From an uncultured Thermoplasmata archaeon (GTDB lineage Archaea > Thermoplasmatota > Thermoplasmata > RBG-16-68-12), in the NCBI GenBank assembly GCA_963768855.1, contig CAVYJM010000015.1, positions 37,905 through 101,904 on the forward strand: DNA of 64,000 nucleotides, read 5' to 3'. The notes under the pieces are model-generated. The model was not told the DNA's origin. It made no database searches and saw only the letters and a list, made by a program, of their open reading frames with translations. How positions within the stretch are numbered: position 1 is the first letter of the stretch; each line of letters starts with the position of its first letter. The position numbers were made by a program, and so were the translations under genes. This document shows, in pieces, positions 20,801 through 30,109 of the stretch.

Positions 20801-21464
20801 ACGAATCGCCCGTGCCCGGCCAGATGTCCTTGGTCAGGTGCGTCCCCGCGGTCGTGCCGTCCGTGACCCAGAGCTCCAGTCCGTGCGTCGGATCAATCCC
20901 GGCGAAGAAGATCTTCCCGTACGCGACGCACCAGGAGTCCGGGTTGCTGCCCGTGATGCCGGGGTAGATGTCCGCGACGAGGACGGTGCCCGCCGCGGTG
21001 CCGTCCGTCTTCCACCATTCCCACCCGTGGACGCCGTCGTTCGCCACGAAGAGGAGCTCGGTGCCCAGGACCGTGAGCCCGTTCGGACTCGAGCTCGCGA
21101 GGCCGGAGGCGATGTCCTTGACGAGGACCGTGCCCGCCTCCGTGCCGTCCGTCTTCCAGAGCTCGTTGCCATGGGCGTCGTACGCCGCGAAGTAGAGCGC
21201 GCCGTTGAACGCCGCGAAGTTCTGCGGGAAGGAGTCGCCGGGACCCGGGCCGATGTCGCGGAGGAGCCGCGGCACCGTGGACGCGGTCACGCCCGCGGCG
21301 GGGACCGGGACCGGATCGTCCATCGTGGCCGACGACGCGAGCGGGGCCCCCGCCGCGCGGGACGGCGGCAGGAAGGCCATGGAGGAGACCACGAGGAGGG
21401 CGGCGAGCCCGAGGATCCCGAGCCCCCGTGCGACCGAAGCGACGTTCCCCTGGCTGACCCGCAC
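17852..21464 (-). CDS. ELWxxDGT-repeat surface protein with two HYR domains and a C-terminal TM anchor; one +1 frameshift near 20675
   Basis: GTG 21464 with GAGAGG, then a signal peptide. Repeats continue across two ORF-track frames, which are joined by removing one base from the G4 run at 20673-20676. HYR motif CVPASGSTFPLGVTSV occurs twice, then TM and a Pro-rich tail. Confidence 0.85.
18700..21180 (-). repeat. About 18 tandem ~48-aa ELWxxDGT repeats plus one degenerate unit (EPWILD)
   Basis: Counted motifs: ELWKTDGT, EWWKTDGT, ELWVTDGT, QLWRTDGT, ELWGTDGT, EVWRSDGT, ELWRTNGT x2, ELWRTAGG, ELWKSDGT, ELWATDGS, NLWTSDGT, ELWRSDGT, ELWRSDGE, ELWRSDGT, ELWRSDAT, ELWRSDGT, VLWRTNGT. Confidence 0.9.
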
Positions 21465-21831
21465 CCTCTCCGACTCGCCGATCCGGACCGACAATCCGTC
21501 CACCTTCTCGCTCCGCCGCGAAAGTCGGGGGACGCCGCAGACCGTGGCGGCAGCCTCCCGGGGTGGGCGGCGCCCCGAATCCAACCTCGGGGGCGACCGC
21601 CCATCGGCGCGGCCACAGCGGCCGCGCAGATCCCCGGCGGGACCGCGCCGCATTCCGACGGCGCCCCTCGACGGAATGAATGGGGAACAAAATGCTTGGT
21701 TGTTGCCTATATACGAGGCCCCGGGAGACCGTGGAATCGGGAGGGGCCCGGGAGAAAGAGGCTCGCGGGAGTCTATGTACAAGGAAATGAAATAGCCCCT
21801 TTCCCGATGTTTCGCCTGGGTGAGGGATGGC

Positions 21832-22200
21832 ATGTTCTGCATGAAGTGCGGCGCGTCGCTGCCGGACAGTGCGCAGTTCTGTTATCATTGCGGAGCGTCG
21901 GTCGGTCCCGCGGCGACTCCAGGGCAGGCGCCCGCGGCCATGGGTGCGCCGCCGTACGCGCAGCCCGCGCCGGCCCGCCGACGCGTGTCGGGCTTGGAAC
22001 TCGCCGGTGATCTGATCGCGCTCCTGGGCATGGTCATCCTGATCGTCGACTACTGGGCGGACTGGTGGGTGCTCCTCGTCATCGGCCTCTTCTTCCTCGT
22101 CGTCGGGCTCGTCCTGTACCTCTTCGCATGGTTGCACAAGCAGCGCGCGCAACCCGCGGGCCCGTATCCCACTCCCTACCAGCCTCCGCCCCAAGCCTGA
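21832..22200 (+). CDS. Zinc-ribbon (double CxxC) membrane protein
   Basis: MFCMKCG...FCYHCG, Pro/Ala linker, two TM helices, Pro-rich tail. Confidence 0.8.
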   Translation: MFCMKCGASLPDSAQFCYHCGASVGPAATPGQAPAAMGAPPYAQPAPARRRVSGLELAGDLIALLGMVILIVDYWADWWVLLVIGLFFLVVGLVLYLFAWLHKQRAQPAGPYPTPYQPPPQA

Positions 22201-22224
22201 GCCCGCGGACGGGGGGAGGTCTCC

Positions 22225-22788
22225 ATGTTCTGCATGCAGTGCGGTTCACCGGTCCCCGAGGGCGCGAGGTTCTGCGCGAATTGCGGTGGACCGGTGGGTT
22301 CGACGACACCGCGGGCCCTGGCGTCCGTCGCTCCCGTGTCCGCGACCGTCCCGTCCGGAGGGGAGCGCTACCTGGGTGGCTTCATGAGCCCCAACCTCCA
22401 CCTCCGAGGGCGGGGGGTGAGCTCCATGGGCTACGGCGTCTACGTCACGGACCGCAGGATCTTCGGGGTCAACACGATCCGCGGCCTTTTCGCGGGGCTC
22501 GCCTTCGTGGGCGGCGTGGTCGGTGCCGCCTTTGCGGTGGCCGGCGCCGGGGACGACTCGGCCAAGGCCATCGCGGAGCTGGAGCAGAAGAAGGACTTCG
22601 ACGTCCGGAAGGAGGATGTCGGGGGCATCGAGGTGCGGCGGCCGCGCGGAATCCGGGTGGGATACCTGGACATCCGCCAGACCTCGGGACAGGTCATCCG
22701 CGTCACGATCGCCGACAAACCGGAGTTCGAGCAACTCCGGGGCCTCATGCAGGCCTTCGCCGCCGACCGCACGACCGCGGACCCCTAG
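22225..22788 (+). CDS. Zinc-ribbon protein with a PH-like C-terminal domain interrupted by a hydrophobic segment
   Basis: MFCMQCG...FCANCG; GVYVTDRRIFGV and a beta-rich C-terminus (PH-like assignment is tentative). Confidence 0.7.
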   Translation: MFCMQCGSPVPEGARFCANCGGPVGSTTPRALASVAPVSATVPSGGERYLGGFMSPNLHLRGRGVSSMGYGVYVTDRRIFGVNTIRGLFAGLAFVGGVVGAAFAVAGAGDDSAKAIAELEQKKDFDVRKEDVGGIEVRRPRGIRVGYLDIRQTSGQVIRVTIADKPEFEQLRGLMQAFAADRTTADP

Positions 22789-22896
22789 CGCGCTGCGTCG
22801 TGCGGGGACCCTTTGCAGCGCCGCGCCGCAGCGGAGCCGTTCGGGCAGGAGAATCGGCTTAGGCGCCGATTCCGCGATCCGATCGAGCGTGGAGGC

Positions 22897-23211
22897 ATGC
22901 CGACCGGGACGTCGCCCGCGGAGAGCGTGGAGCTCGTCGCAGGCCGCCCTCCCTCGGAACGCGAGGCCGCGATCGGAAGGACGCGGATCGGAATCGAGAT
23001 CCTCATCCTTGCCGTGCTCCTGCAGTGGGTCCCGCTCGTCGAGTACCTGGGGTACCTCGTTGGGGCCGTCGGCGTCATCCAAGTCTTCCGAGGCATGCGC
23101 GTCTTCGGCCGGAGGCACGAACGAGGCGTCGAATCTTCCCTGGCGGTCTTCGCGTCCGCCGCGGGTCCGCTTACGCCGCGGGCGTCAGGACGAGCGGGTC
23201 GGAACCGATGA
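22897..23211 (+). pseudogene. Truncated membrane protein (DUF973-like N-terminal helices)
   Basis: GGAGG SD and ATG 22897. Two TM helices (IGIEILILAVLLQWVPLVEYLGYLVGAVGVIQVF, RVFGRRHERGV), then the sequence loses protein-like character near 23160, just before the TA promoter. Confidence 0.5.
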
Positions 23212-23244
23212 GGGGAATTCAGATTTGTCCACCAGGATGGATTA

Positions 23245-23260
23245 TAAGTATTTATACTTA
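23245..23260. promoter_or_regulatory. Inverted repeat operator overlapping a TATA box upstream of the NTase TA pair
   Basis: TAAGTAT-TT-ATACTTA (perfect 7-bp arms) containing TTTATA, 20 nt before ATG 23280. Confidence 0.65.
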
Positions 23261-23279
23261 ATTCGTCATCACTAGTATC

Positions 23280-23843
23280 ATGGAACCGGAGTCAAGCCTC
23301 GTTCGAACCGTGCAGGATCGGCGGCTGCCCCCTGCAATCCTGAGGCGCGAAGGGAGGACGAACCATCGGCCGCCGGCCCGATACCGCCTCACCGTACGGG
23401 ACGCGCACGACGCACGGGAGGCCCATGCGCTCGGGATCCCGGTCTTCGCGATCCCGGATTCCGCGATCACGATGATGGGCTATCCGATGCGCTCACCGAC
23501 CCTCCTCGTCCTGCCCCGCCGGCTACGGCGGGTGGTCGACACGTCTCTGCCCGTGGTGGAGTTCGTGTCCGAGGACGCGGTGATGCGACCTCGGCTCGAG
23601 GACATCCCGGTGGCGTTGCTCCGGTTCGACCTCCTCGCAGGCCGGGCGCTAATCGAGAGGAATCTCGACCTGCTCGACCGGCAGTACCTGCTCAAGCGAA
23701 TCTACCAAGAGGACCTTGAGGAGGAAGCGACCCGGGTCCGCCTCCAGGACTTCCTCCCGCTCCCGCCGAGGGGTGAGCCCCTCCCGGAGCGCGCGCTGCG
23801 ACGCGTGACGGCGGAGAACCGGCCCCGCGGGAGGATCCCGTGA
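23280..23843 (+). CDS. Putative antitoxin/partner of the downstream nucleotidyltransferase
   Basis: Translationally coupled (GTGA overlap) to 23840 and preceded by a palindromic operator. No family recognised; the assignment rests on context. Confidence 0.5.
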   Translation: MEPESSLVRTVQDRRLPPAILRREGRTNHRPPARYRLTVRDAHDAREAHALGIPVFAIPDSAITMMGYPMRSPTLLVLPRRLRRVVDTSLPVVEFVSEDAVMRPRLEDIPVALLRFDLLAGRALIERNLDLLDRQYLLKRIYQEDLEEEATRVRLQDFLPLPPRGEPLPERALRRVTAENRPRGRIP

Positions 23844-24403
23844 TCCTCGACGACCTGCCCGCGGTCTGCCGCGAGCTGGACAAGGTTGGAATCGCGTACA
23901 TCGTCGTGGGCGGCGCCTCCCTGGAGCGGACCTACCCGATCGGCACGGGCGACATCGATATCGCCGTCGCGCTCAAGGACTATCCCCGCGTCCTGGAGAC
24001 GCTCCGAGCCCATCCACGCTTCCGAAACATCGAGGACGTCGGGACGATGGCCGGGTCGGAGTTCCGGCTCGGGACGCGCTGGGTGGACATAGAGTTCATC
24101 AACCCGAGGCTCTTCGCCGGGAAACGCCCCCCGGACGAGTTCATCGATTACGTGCGACGGCATCGCTCGGAGCGGACGGACATCGCGACGTTCGCGTCCC
24201 CCGAGATCGTCTGGTACATGCGTCTGGCGATCCCCGACTGGGAAGTCTACGTGCAGAAGATCCTGAGGGACGTCCGGGCGGGTGTGCCACCGGGCCTGCT
24301 AGACAAGGTCCTCGACGTCGCGAGACACTTCGGCAACCTCGAGACGCTCGCGCCGCGCGTGGCCGAGACGAGGAGGATGGCGGAGCTGGCGACGCGTCGG
24401 TGA
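23840..24403 (+). CDS. DNA-pol-beta-superfamily nucleotidyltransferase (AbiEii/DUF6036-like toxin)
   Basis: YIVVGGASL..GTGDIDIAV (GG + DxD) and a later VDIEF strand. Confidence 0.75.
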   Translation: MILDDLPAVCRELDKVGIAYIVVGGASLERTYPIGTGDIDIAVALKDYPRVLETLRAHPRFRNIEDVGTMAGSEFRLGTRWVDIEFINPRLFAGKRPPDEFIDYVRRHRSERTDIATFASPEIVWYMRLAIPDWEVYVQKILRDVRAGVPPGLLDKVLDVARHFGNLETLAPRVAETRRMAELATRR

Positions 24404-24513
24404 CCGAGGGATCCGGTCCGTCCACGCCGCGAGCGAACGGGCCGAGGGAATCGGTCGTCGCCCGCCGCGACCGAACCTTTCAAATCCTCGACGCTCCCCT
24501 AGGACGGTTCGCC

Positions 24514-24717
24514 ATGATTCCCACACCCCGCGGCCCGGGGGACCTCCCGGTGCCGCCGGAGGAGCCCGGGCCTGCGATCCGCCGAGGCGAGTCGGGCTCC
24601 CTGGTCCTCCAGGCCCTCGAGGAGATCGAGGAACTGAAGCGGTCTCTCGCCGAGCTCGTGAAGCGGCTCGAGGCGCTCGAGCACCGCGTCTCCGGCCTCG
24701 AAGCGCCGAAGGCGTAG
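24514..24717 (+). CDS. Small Pro-rich plus coiled-coil protein
   Basis: LEEIEELKRSLAELVKRLEALEHRVSGLE heptads; AT-rich TTTCAAAT upstream. Confidence 0.45.
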   Translation: MIPTPRGPGDLPVPPEEPGPAIRRGESGSLVLQALEEIEELKRSLAELVKRLEALEHRVSGLEAPKA

Positions 24718-24862
24718 GCGACACCGACCCGACCCACCGCGATGCACCCCGAGGCCAGGCCATCCCTTGGACGCCGAGGGAGAGCGCGTCCTCACGCCGG
24801 GCGAGGTTTGGCGCAACGCCGGCCGACCGTGCCGCAAATCCGACGATGGCGCCGCCGCTCCC

Positions 24863-25237
24863 CTACTCGATCTCGATGATGATCTTGCGTCCTGCCTTGG
24901 AGACGGAGACCTCCTCGTCCCCGCGCAGGCCGAGGGTGCGCTCGATATCCGCCGGAATCCGGAGCACGGTCCCCCGTCCGCTCCGAGAGAGCTTCCGGCG
25001 GAGCTTCAGCGGGCCACCCCAGATTCCGAGGCGACGCGCGACCTTGATGAGCCGCTGGCTCTCCTCCTCCGGGAGGAACTCCTCCCCGCAGACCGTGCAA
25101 CGGCGCCCGCGCTCCACGAAGGTGTAGCCCTCGATCTCCGAGACGATATCGTCGACGGGCACCAGCTCCCCCCTGCCGCACACAGGGCAGCGGGTTCCGC
25201 CCTTATCCTTCCGCGCCGGTGATGACGAAGACCTCAT
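24863..25237 (-). CDS. Antitoxin: YgiT/MqsA-type Zn finger fused to an AbrB/SpoVT DNA-binding domain
   Basis: CPVCG...CTVCGEEFL, then RKLSRSGRGTVLRIPADIERTLGLRGDEEV. Confidence 0.8.
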   Translation of the reverse strand: MRSSSSPARKDKGGTRCPVCGRGELVPVDDIVSEIEGYTFVERGRRCTVCGEEFLPEEESQRLIKVARRLGIWGGPLKLRRKLSRSGRGTVLRIPADIERTLGLRGDEEVSVSKAGRKIIIEIE

Positions 25238-25448
25238 TCGTATCCGCCTCGTAGACGAGGATGAGTTTCTTGTCCCCCTTCCTTCGGACGAAGATCTCCC
25301 ATTTGCCCTTTCCGGATCGGGTGACCCGATAGGCCTCCCGGAGCGCCTCGCGCAGCTCGACGTGGTCCCAGTCCCATTTCCGCATCCAGGTGTTCCGGAA
25401 GTGCTTGCTCACGTCGATCTGGGCTTCGTCGACGTCGAAGGGGAGCAA
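25203..25448 (-). CDS. RelE/BrnT-fold toxin (DUF4258-like)
   Basis: VSKHFRN..R..W and LILVYE..EVFVIT pattern; 81 aa; lies directly upstream of and overlaps the Zn-finger antitoxin. Confidence 0.65.
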   Translation of the reverse strand: MLPFDVDEAQIDVSKHFRNTWMRKWDWDHVELREALREAYRVTRSGKGKWEIFVRRKGDKKLILVYEADTNEVFVITGAEG

Positions 25449-25454
25449 TCCGAT

Positions 25455-25637
25455 TCACTTTATTTTGTAATGCTTTTCATCTACTTGAGTCTTCCCGTGG
25501 GGTGGATGAATCCCCGCAGGCGCCCGAGGAGCGCATGCTTCCGCAAGGGTGCCGGGCCCGGCGAGGGGGACGAGCGCCACCAAAACCAAGAGGACGACGA
25601 TCGCCTTCGGCGCGATGACCAGGCTCCCTCCGGTCAT
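25455..25637 (-). pseudogene. 5' remnant of a secreted-protein gene (signal peptide only)
   Basis: MTGGSLVIAPKAIVVLLVLVALVPLAGPGTLAEA reads as a signal peptide; the frame then enters the AT-rich TA promoter and stops. Confidence 0.35.
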
Positions 25638-25751
25638 GGGGAAGAGAGAGTCACGGCAGAGGGAGAAACCTCCGTATGTTCTGCAAAGAAGGGAGCGGTG
25701 GGGGCTCCGAGCGAGCCCTGCCCAGGTGGGCACGCCGCGGGTTCGCCCGCC

Positions 25752-26603
25752 TCACGCTTCCCCGACGACAAGCTTCCGCGGCTGCGGGGCCGCGAGAGCC
25801 TCCTTCCCCGCAGGCGTGATCGTGAAGTGGGAGGTCACCGGGATGGACCGCGTGTCGACGAACGTCGCGGGTGTGTACTCGGCGGGCTGGATCAGTCCGA
25901 GCTCGACGAGCGTGTCGAGCTCCGCCATGACCGCCTTCGGGTCCGAGGACTTGAACGCCTCGATGATCTCTCCTTTCGAGCGGCCCGTGATCTCGCGGTG
26001 GGCGATCGCCGCCAGGATGCCGTAGCGCAGGGACTCCCGCGACGCAGCCTGTTTCTGGCCGTCCAAGATCCCCTCGACGGACCGGAGGATGATCGCGTTG
26101 AAGGCCTCCTCGACCCCCTGCCCCGTGAGGGCGCTGGTCATATAGGTCGTCACCCCGGGGAGCTGCTCCGCGACGGACCGCATGTCCGAGGCGCCGATCG
26201 CGACCGCCTGGCCGAGGTCCAGCTTGTTGCACGCGATGACCGGGGGGACGTCGCCCGCCACGGCGGACACGGCCTGGATCCAGTCGACGAGGGACTGCAG
26301 GGTCTCCGGCCGGCCGAGGTCGCAGACCGCGAGGACGCCGTGCGCCCCGTAGAAGATCGCGTCGCGGAAGTTGTCGCGCAGGGCGTGCTCCCCCATGAAA
26401 TCGAAGAGGTCCGCCCGCACCTTCGCGATCTCCTCGCCGTCCAGGGGAATCTCGACCTCGACGGGGTGAAGGTGCGCGCCCAGGGTGCCCTTCTCGCTCG
26501 CGAGGTACTGACCTGCAGCGAAGCGCCGCAGGAGGCTCGTCTTGCCGACACCACGGTCCCCGACGAGGCAGATCTTGACCCGCATGCGCCGGATCCGCAT
26601 CAC
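25752..26603 (-). CDS. Rab/Roc-like small GTPase fused to a C-terminal winged-helix domain
   Basis: G1 GDRGVGKTS, switch I KGTLG, G3 FDFMGE, YGAHGVLAVCD, G4 NKLD, G5 TSALTGQGVEEAF. C-terminal ILAAIA..SKGEIIEAF..ELDTLVELGLI..FTITPAGKEAL. Confidence 0.85.
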   Translation of the reverse strand: MMRIRRMRVKICLVGDRGVGKTSLLRRFAAGQYLASEKGTLGAHLHPVEVEIPLDGEEIAKVRADLFDFMGEHALRDNFRDAIFYGAHGVLAVCDLGRPETLQSLVDWIQAVSAVAGDVPPVIACNKLDLGQAVAIGASDMRSVAEQLPGVTTYMTSALTGQGVEEAFNAIILRSVEGILDGQKQAASRESLRYGILAAIAHREITGRSKGEIIEAFKSSDPKAVMAELDTLVELGLIQPAEYTPATFVDTRSIPVTSHFTITPAGKEALAAPQPRKLVVGEA

Positions 26604-26956
26604 CGAGGAAAGCGACCTTGCGGCCTCTAAAGGATGGCCCCTGGTTATCACCCGGGAAAGCGACGCGGGGATGCCGACGACGGGGAGGACCGGAGCCGCG
26701 ACGCGCCCGCGCGGCGAACTCGGTCCTTGGTGACGGTGGTGCTAGGCGTCCCAAGAGTTCGAAGCGACCCAGGAGACCGTTCACTGCGTGAGGACCGTAT
26801 CTCCTCCGGGTCCGTGGGTCCTGGAATCATTCTTGAACCTGGGAACGATGGCGCACTGCACACAAGTCTGCGTTCCACTCCCGTTACCTCAGTCGCATCC
26901 GGGCATGGGTTTAAGCAGAAAGAAAACCCGTCCCGGGGGCCAGGAGGAGTGGTGAG

Positions 26957-29900
26957 TTGCATTCACCGTCACACAAGTGTCTAGCGTTAGTCTTGACCGT
27001 CGTCATGATCGGATCGTTCGGCCTGGTCCCCGTGGCGAATTTGATTGGCACGGCGCAGGCCGCACTGTCCGGGATCAGCGCGCTCGGGTTGTCGTCGCCT
27101 GCCCAGCCCCTGCAGCTCGTCGATAGCGTGGGCATGCGGAGCTTGACGCTGTCGAAGGCGCAGAGCGTCGAAGTGATCGTGGGCCTCCAAGGCTTGTCCC
27201 TCGCCGGAGAGCAGGCGTACCGGGCACAGATGGGCCTTCCGCCCCTCGATGGCGCGGGCCAGCGGGCCTATGTCGCCTCCCTCGCGGCGGCCCAGGCGCC
27301 CGTGGTCGCGGCCCTGACCGCGGCGGGCGCGTCGGTCCGCTATCAGTACCGCCTCACCTACGACGGAATCGACGTGGTCGGCGGCCGCGTCGCCCTCACC
27401 CAGGTCATCTCTCGGCTGCCCGGCGTGCAGCGGATCGACCTCGCCCAGGCGGACAACCTCGAGCTGGACTCGAGCGTCCCCTTCATCTTCGACGACGCAA
27501 CCTACGCGCAGCTCGGCGGCGACGGGACGGGCGTGACAATCGCCCTGATCGACACGGGCATCGACTACACGCACGCGACGTTCGGCGGCGCCGGGACCCT
27601 CGCGGCCTACCAGGCCATCGATCCGACGACCCTCGTGAACTCCGGCTTCCCCACGGCCAAGGTGGTCGGCGGCTTCGACCTCGTCGGGGAGAACTACGAT
27701 GCGCGGGGCGCCACGGCGCCCGGGGGCGTGTGCAGCACGACCCTGGTTCCCGACCCCAACCCGCTTGACGTGAACGGCCACGGGACGCACACGGCGAGCA
27801 CGGCCGCGGGCATGGAGGTCCGCGATCCGAACACGGACGCCCTCCTGACGCCCCACGGCGTCGCGCCCGGTGCGCTCGTGTACGAGTTCAAGGTCTTCAG
27901 CGGCTGCGCCGCGGACGGGACCGCGAGCACCGCGAACTCGAACGTGATCGCGGCGATCGAGATGGCCGTCGACCCGAACGGGGACGGCGACACCTCGGAC
28001 CACGCGAACGTCATCAGCATGTCCCTCGGCAGCGATTTCGGCCGCGACACGACTCCCGACAGCGTGGCGGCGAACGCAGCCGTGGACCTCGGCGCGATCG
28101 TCGTGGCCTCCGCCGGCAACGCGGGAAACGTCCCCTACATCACGGGCAGCCCCGCGACGGGCTCCGAAGTAATCAGCGTCGCCGCGGGCAACGACCCGAA
28201 GATCAAGGTACAGCTCCTCGGCGTCGCGAACTCGAACGGCGCGGACGGGAGCTACGAGTCTGTCGAGGCGGCCATCACGCCGCCCCTCGTGACCACGGGT
28301 CCCGTCTCCGGCCTCACGGTCAGCACGGGCCTCGCATGCACCCCGTTCCCCGCGGGCTCCTTGACGGGGATGATTCCGTTGATCCCCCGCGGGACCTGCA
28401 CGTTCCATGACAAGATCCTGAACGCGCAGAACGCGGGAGCCGTCGCCGTCGTCGTGCGCAACAACGCGGCGGGCGACCCGATCGTCATGGGCGGGGACAG
28501 CACGGGGCTCACGATCCCCGCCGTGATGGTCAGTCAGGCGGACGGCGTGACGATCCGCGCGGCCCTGACCTCGACCACGACCTTCACCCTGGATCCTGCG
28601 AACCAGCTGCCGATCCCGGACCGCCTGGCGGCGTTCACGTCGGCCGGACCGCGTTTCGGTGACTCTGCGATCAAGCCCGACCTGACCGCACCCGGCGTAA
28701 ACATCCTCTCGGCCCAGGTCGCCACGGGCACCGAGTCCACCTCCGTGAGCGGGACATCGTTCTCCGCGCCCCACATTGCGGGCGCGGCGGCCATCCTGCG
28801 GGAGATCCACCCGGATTGGACGCCCGCCGAGATCAAGGACGTCCTGATGAACACGGCGACGGACTCGTCCCGCGACGGCGTCCCGTACCCGGTCGCCCTC
28901 ATGGGCGCGGGCCGCGCGCGGGTCGACGTGGCGGCGAACAGCGAATCCCTCGTGGACCCGGGCGCCGCGTCGTTCGGCGTCCAGGAGCTGTCCGGACTCG
29001 GCAAGAAGACCTACACGGACACGCTCACCCTGGAGAACAAGGGCCCGTCCACGAAGACGTTCTCCCTGGGCGCGGCCTTCCGCCTCGCGAGCGACAACGA
29101 CGGGAGCATCGCCCTCTTCTTCCCGTCCACCGTGAGCGTGAAGGCGGGGAGCTCCGTGGCGTTCGGCTTCCAGCTCCAGGTGAACTTCGCGAAGCTCGCG
29201 AACCCGGACGGCGTGCTGAAGGAGACGGACGGCTTCCTCACCCTGACCGAAACCTCGTCGGGCGGGGACGTCCTCCGCGTGCCCTTCCTCGTCGTCCCGA
29301 TCCCGCGGGCCCAGGTCGCCCTGAAAGGCAACCCGCACTCCTTGTCGAACGGGGTGCCGCTGACCTTCACGAACAAGGGCCTGCGCGCGAGCGGCGTGGA
29401 CGTCTTCCAGTTCGGCGCGAAGAACCCGCGGGAGAACCTGCTGCCTGGGGAGTCGAGCGCGTGGCTGAACATCCGGTACACGGGTGCACGGGCCTACGAT
29501 GTCGAAGGCCTCGGCCGCATCCTGGAGTTCGGCGTCGCGAACTACGGCCCGCGGAGCTCGTCGAGCAACATGCAGACGGACATCCTGATCGATGCGAACG
29601 GGGACGGCGTGCCTGACTACGACGTCGTCGTGGCGGACCTCGGCCCCCTGACAGGGGCGGCGATCAGCGGCCAGATGGTCTCCGCGGTCTTCTCCCTCTC
29701 GACGGGAAACGGCTTCCTCGAGTTCCTCGTGGACAGCGAGAACAACGTGGCCTGGGAGACCGCGCCGATCCTCCTGGACGACCTGAACGCCCTCGGCGGG
29801 CCGACGATCGACAACCTGAACCCGAGCATCTCGTACCTCGTCGTGACGACGGACCTGCAGACCGGCTTCGCGGACGTCTCGGGGAGCGCCATGTTCAACG

Positions 29901-30067
29901 TGATCGCCCCCGCGATCGACGTGAACGTGAACTCCTTCGTGCTGCCGGCGGGCGCCTCGGGGACGATCGGCGTCCTGGGCAACGGCCCGGGTGGGCTCCT
30001 CGTGCTCCTGGAGAACAACATCGGCGGGACGGGCCAGAGCCTCGTGATCCCGGCGAAGCTAGGGTAG
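26957..30067 (+). CDS. Secreted S8 subtilisin-like serine protease with prodomain and PA domain (Vpr-like)
   Basis: Triad IDTGID, HGTHTAST, GTSFSAPH; oxyanion SAGN; PA domain LIPRGTCTFHDKILNAQNAGA; signal peptide. Confidence 0.95.
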   Translation: MHSPSHKCLALVLTVVMIGSFGLVPVANLIGTAQAALSGISALGLSSPAQPLQLVDSVGMRSLTLSKAQSVEVIVGLQGLSLAGEQAYRAQMGLPPLDGAGQRAYVASLAAAQAPVVAALTAAGASVRYQYRLTYDGIDVVGGRVALTQVISRLPGVQRIDLAQADNLELDSSVPFIFDDATYAQLGGDGTGVTIALIDTGIDYTHATFGGAGTLAAYQAIDPTTLVNSGFPTAKVVGGFDLVGENYDARGATAPGGVCSTTLVPDPNPLDVNGHGTHTASTAAGMEVRDPNTDALLTPHGVAPGALVYEFKVFSGCAADGTASTANSNVIAAIEMAVDPNGDGDTSDHANVISMSLGSDFGRDTTPDSVAANAAVDLGAIVVASAGNAGNVPYITGSPATGSEVISVAAGNDPKIKVQLLGVANSNGADGSYESVEAAITPPLVTTGPVSGLTVSTGLACTPFPAGSLTGMIPLIPRGTCTFHDKILNAQNAGAVAVVVRNNAAGDPIVMGGDSTGLTIPAVMVSQADGVTIRAALTSTTTFTLDPANQLPIPDRLAAFTSAGPRFGDSAIKPDLTAPGVNILSAQVATGTESTSVSGTSFSAPHIAGAAAILREIHPDWTPAEIKDVLMNTATDSSRDGVPYPVALMGAGRARVDVAANSESLVDPGAASFGVQELSGLGKKTYTDTLTLENKGPSTKTFSLGAAFRLASDNDGSIALFFPSTVSVKAGSSVAFGFQLQVNFAKLANPDGVLKETDGFLTLTETSSGGDVLRVPFLVVPIPRAQVALKGNPHSLSNGVPLTFTNKGLRASGVDVFQFGAKNPRENLLPGESSAWLNIRYTGARAYDVEGLGRILEFGVANYGPRSSSSNMQTDILIDANGDGVPDYDVVVADLGPLTGAAISGQMVSAVFSLSTGNGFLEFLVDSENNVAWETAPILLDDLNALGGPTIDNLNPSISYLVVTTDLQTGFADVSGSAMFNVIAPAIDVNVNSFVLPAGASGTIGVLGNGPGGLLVLLENNIGGTGQSLVIPAKLG

Positions 30068-30109
30068 GGAGGGAGAGGAGAGACCTAGCCATCGACCTCG
30101 AAACCGAAT

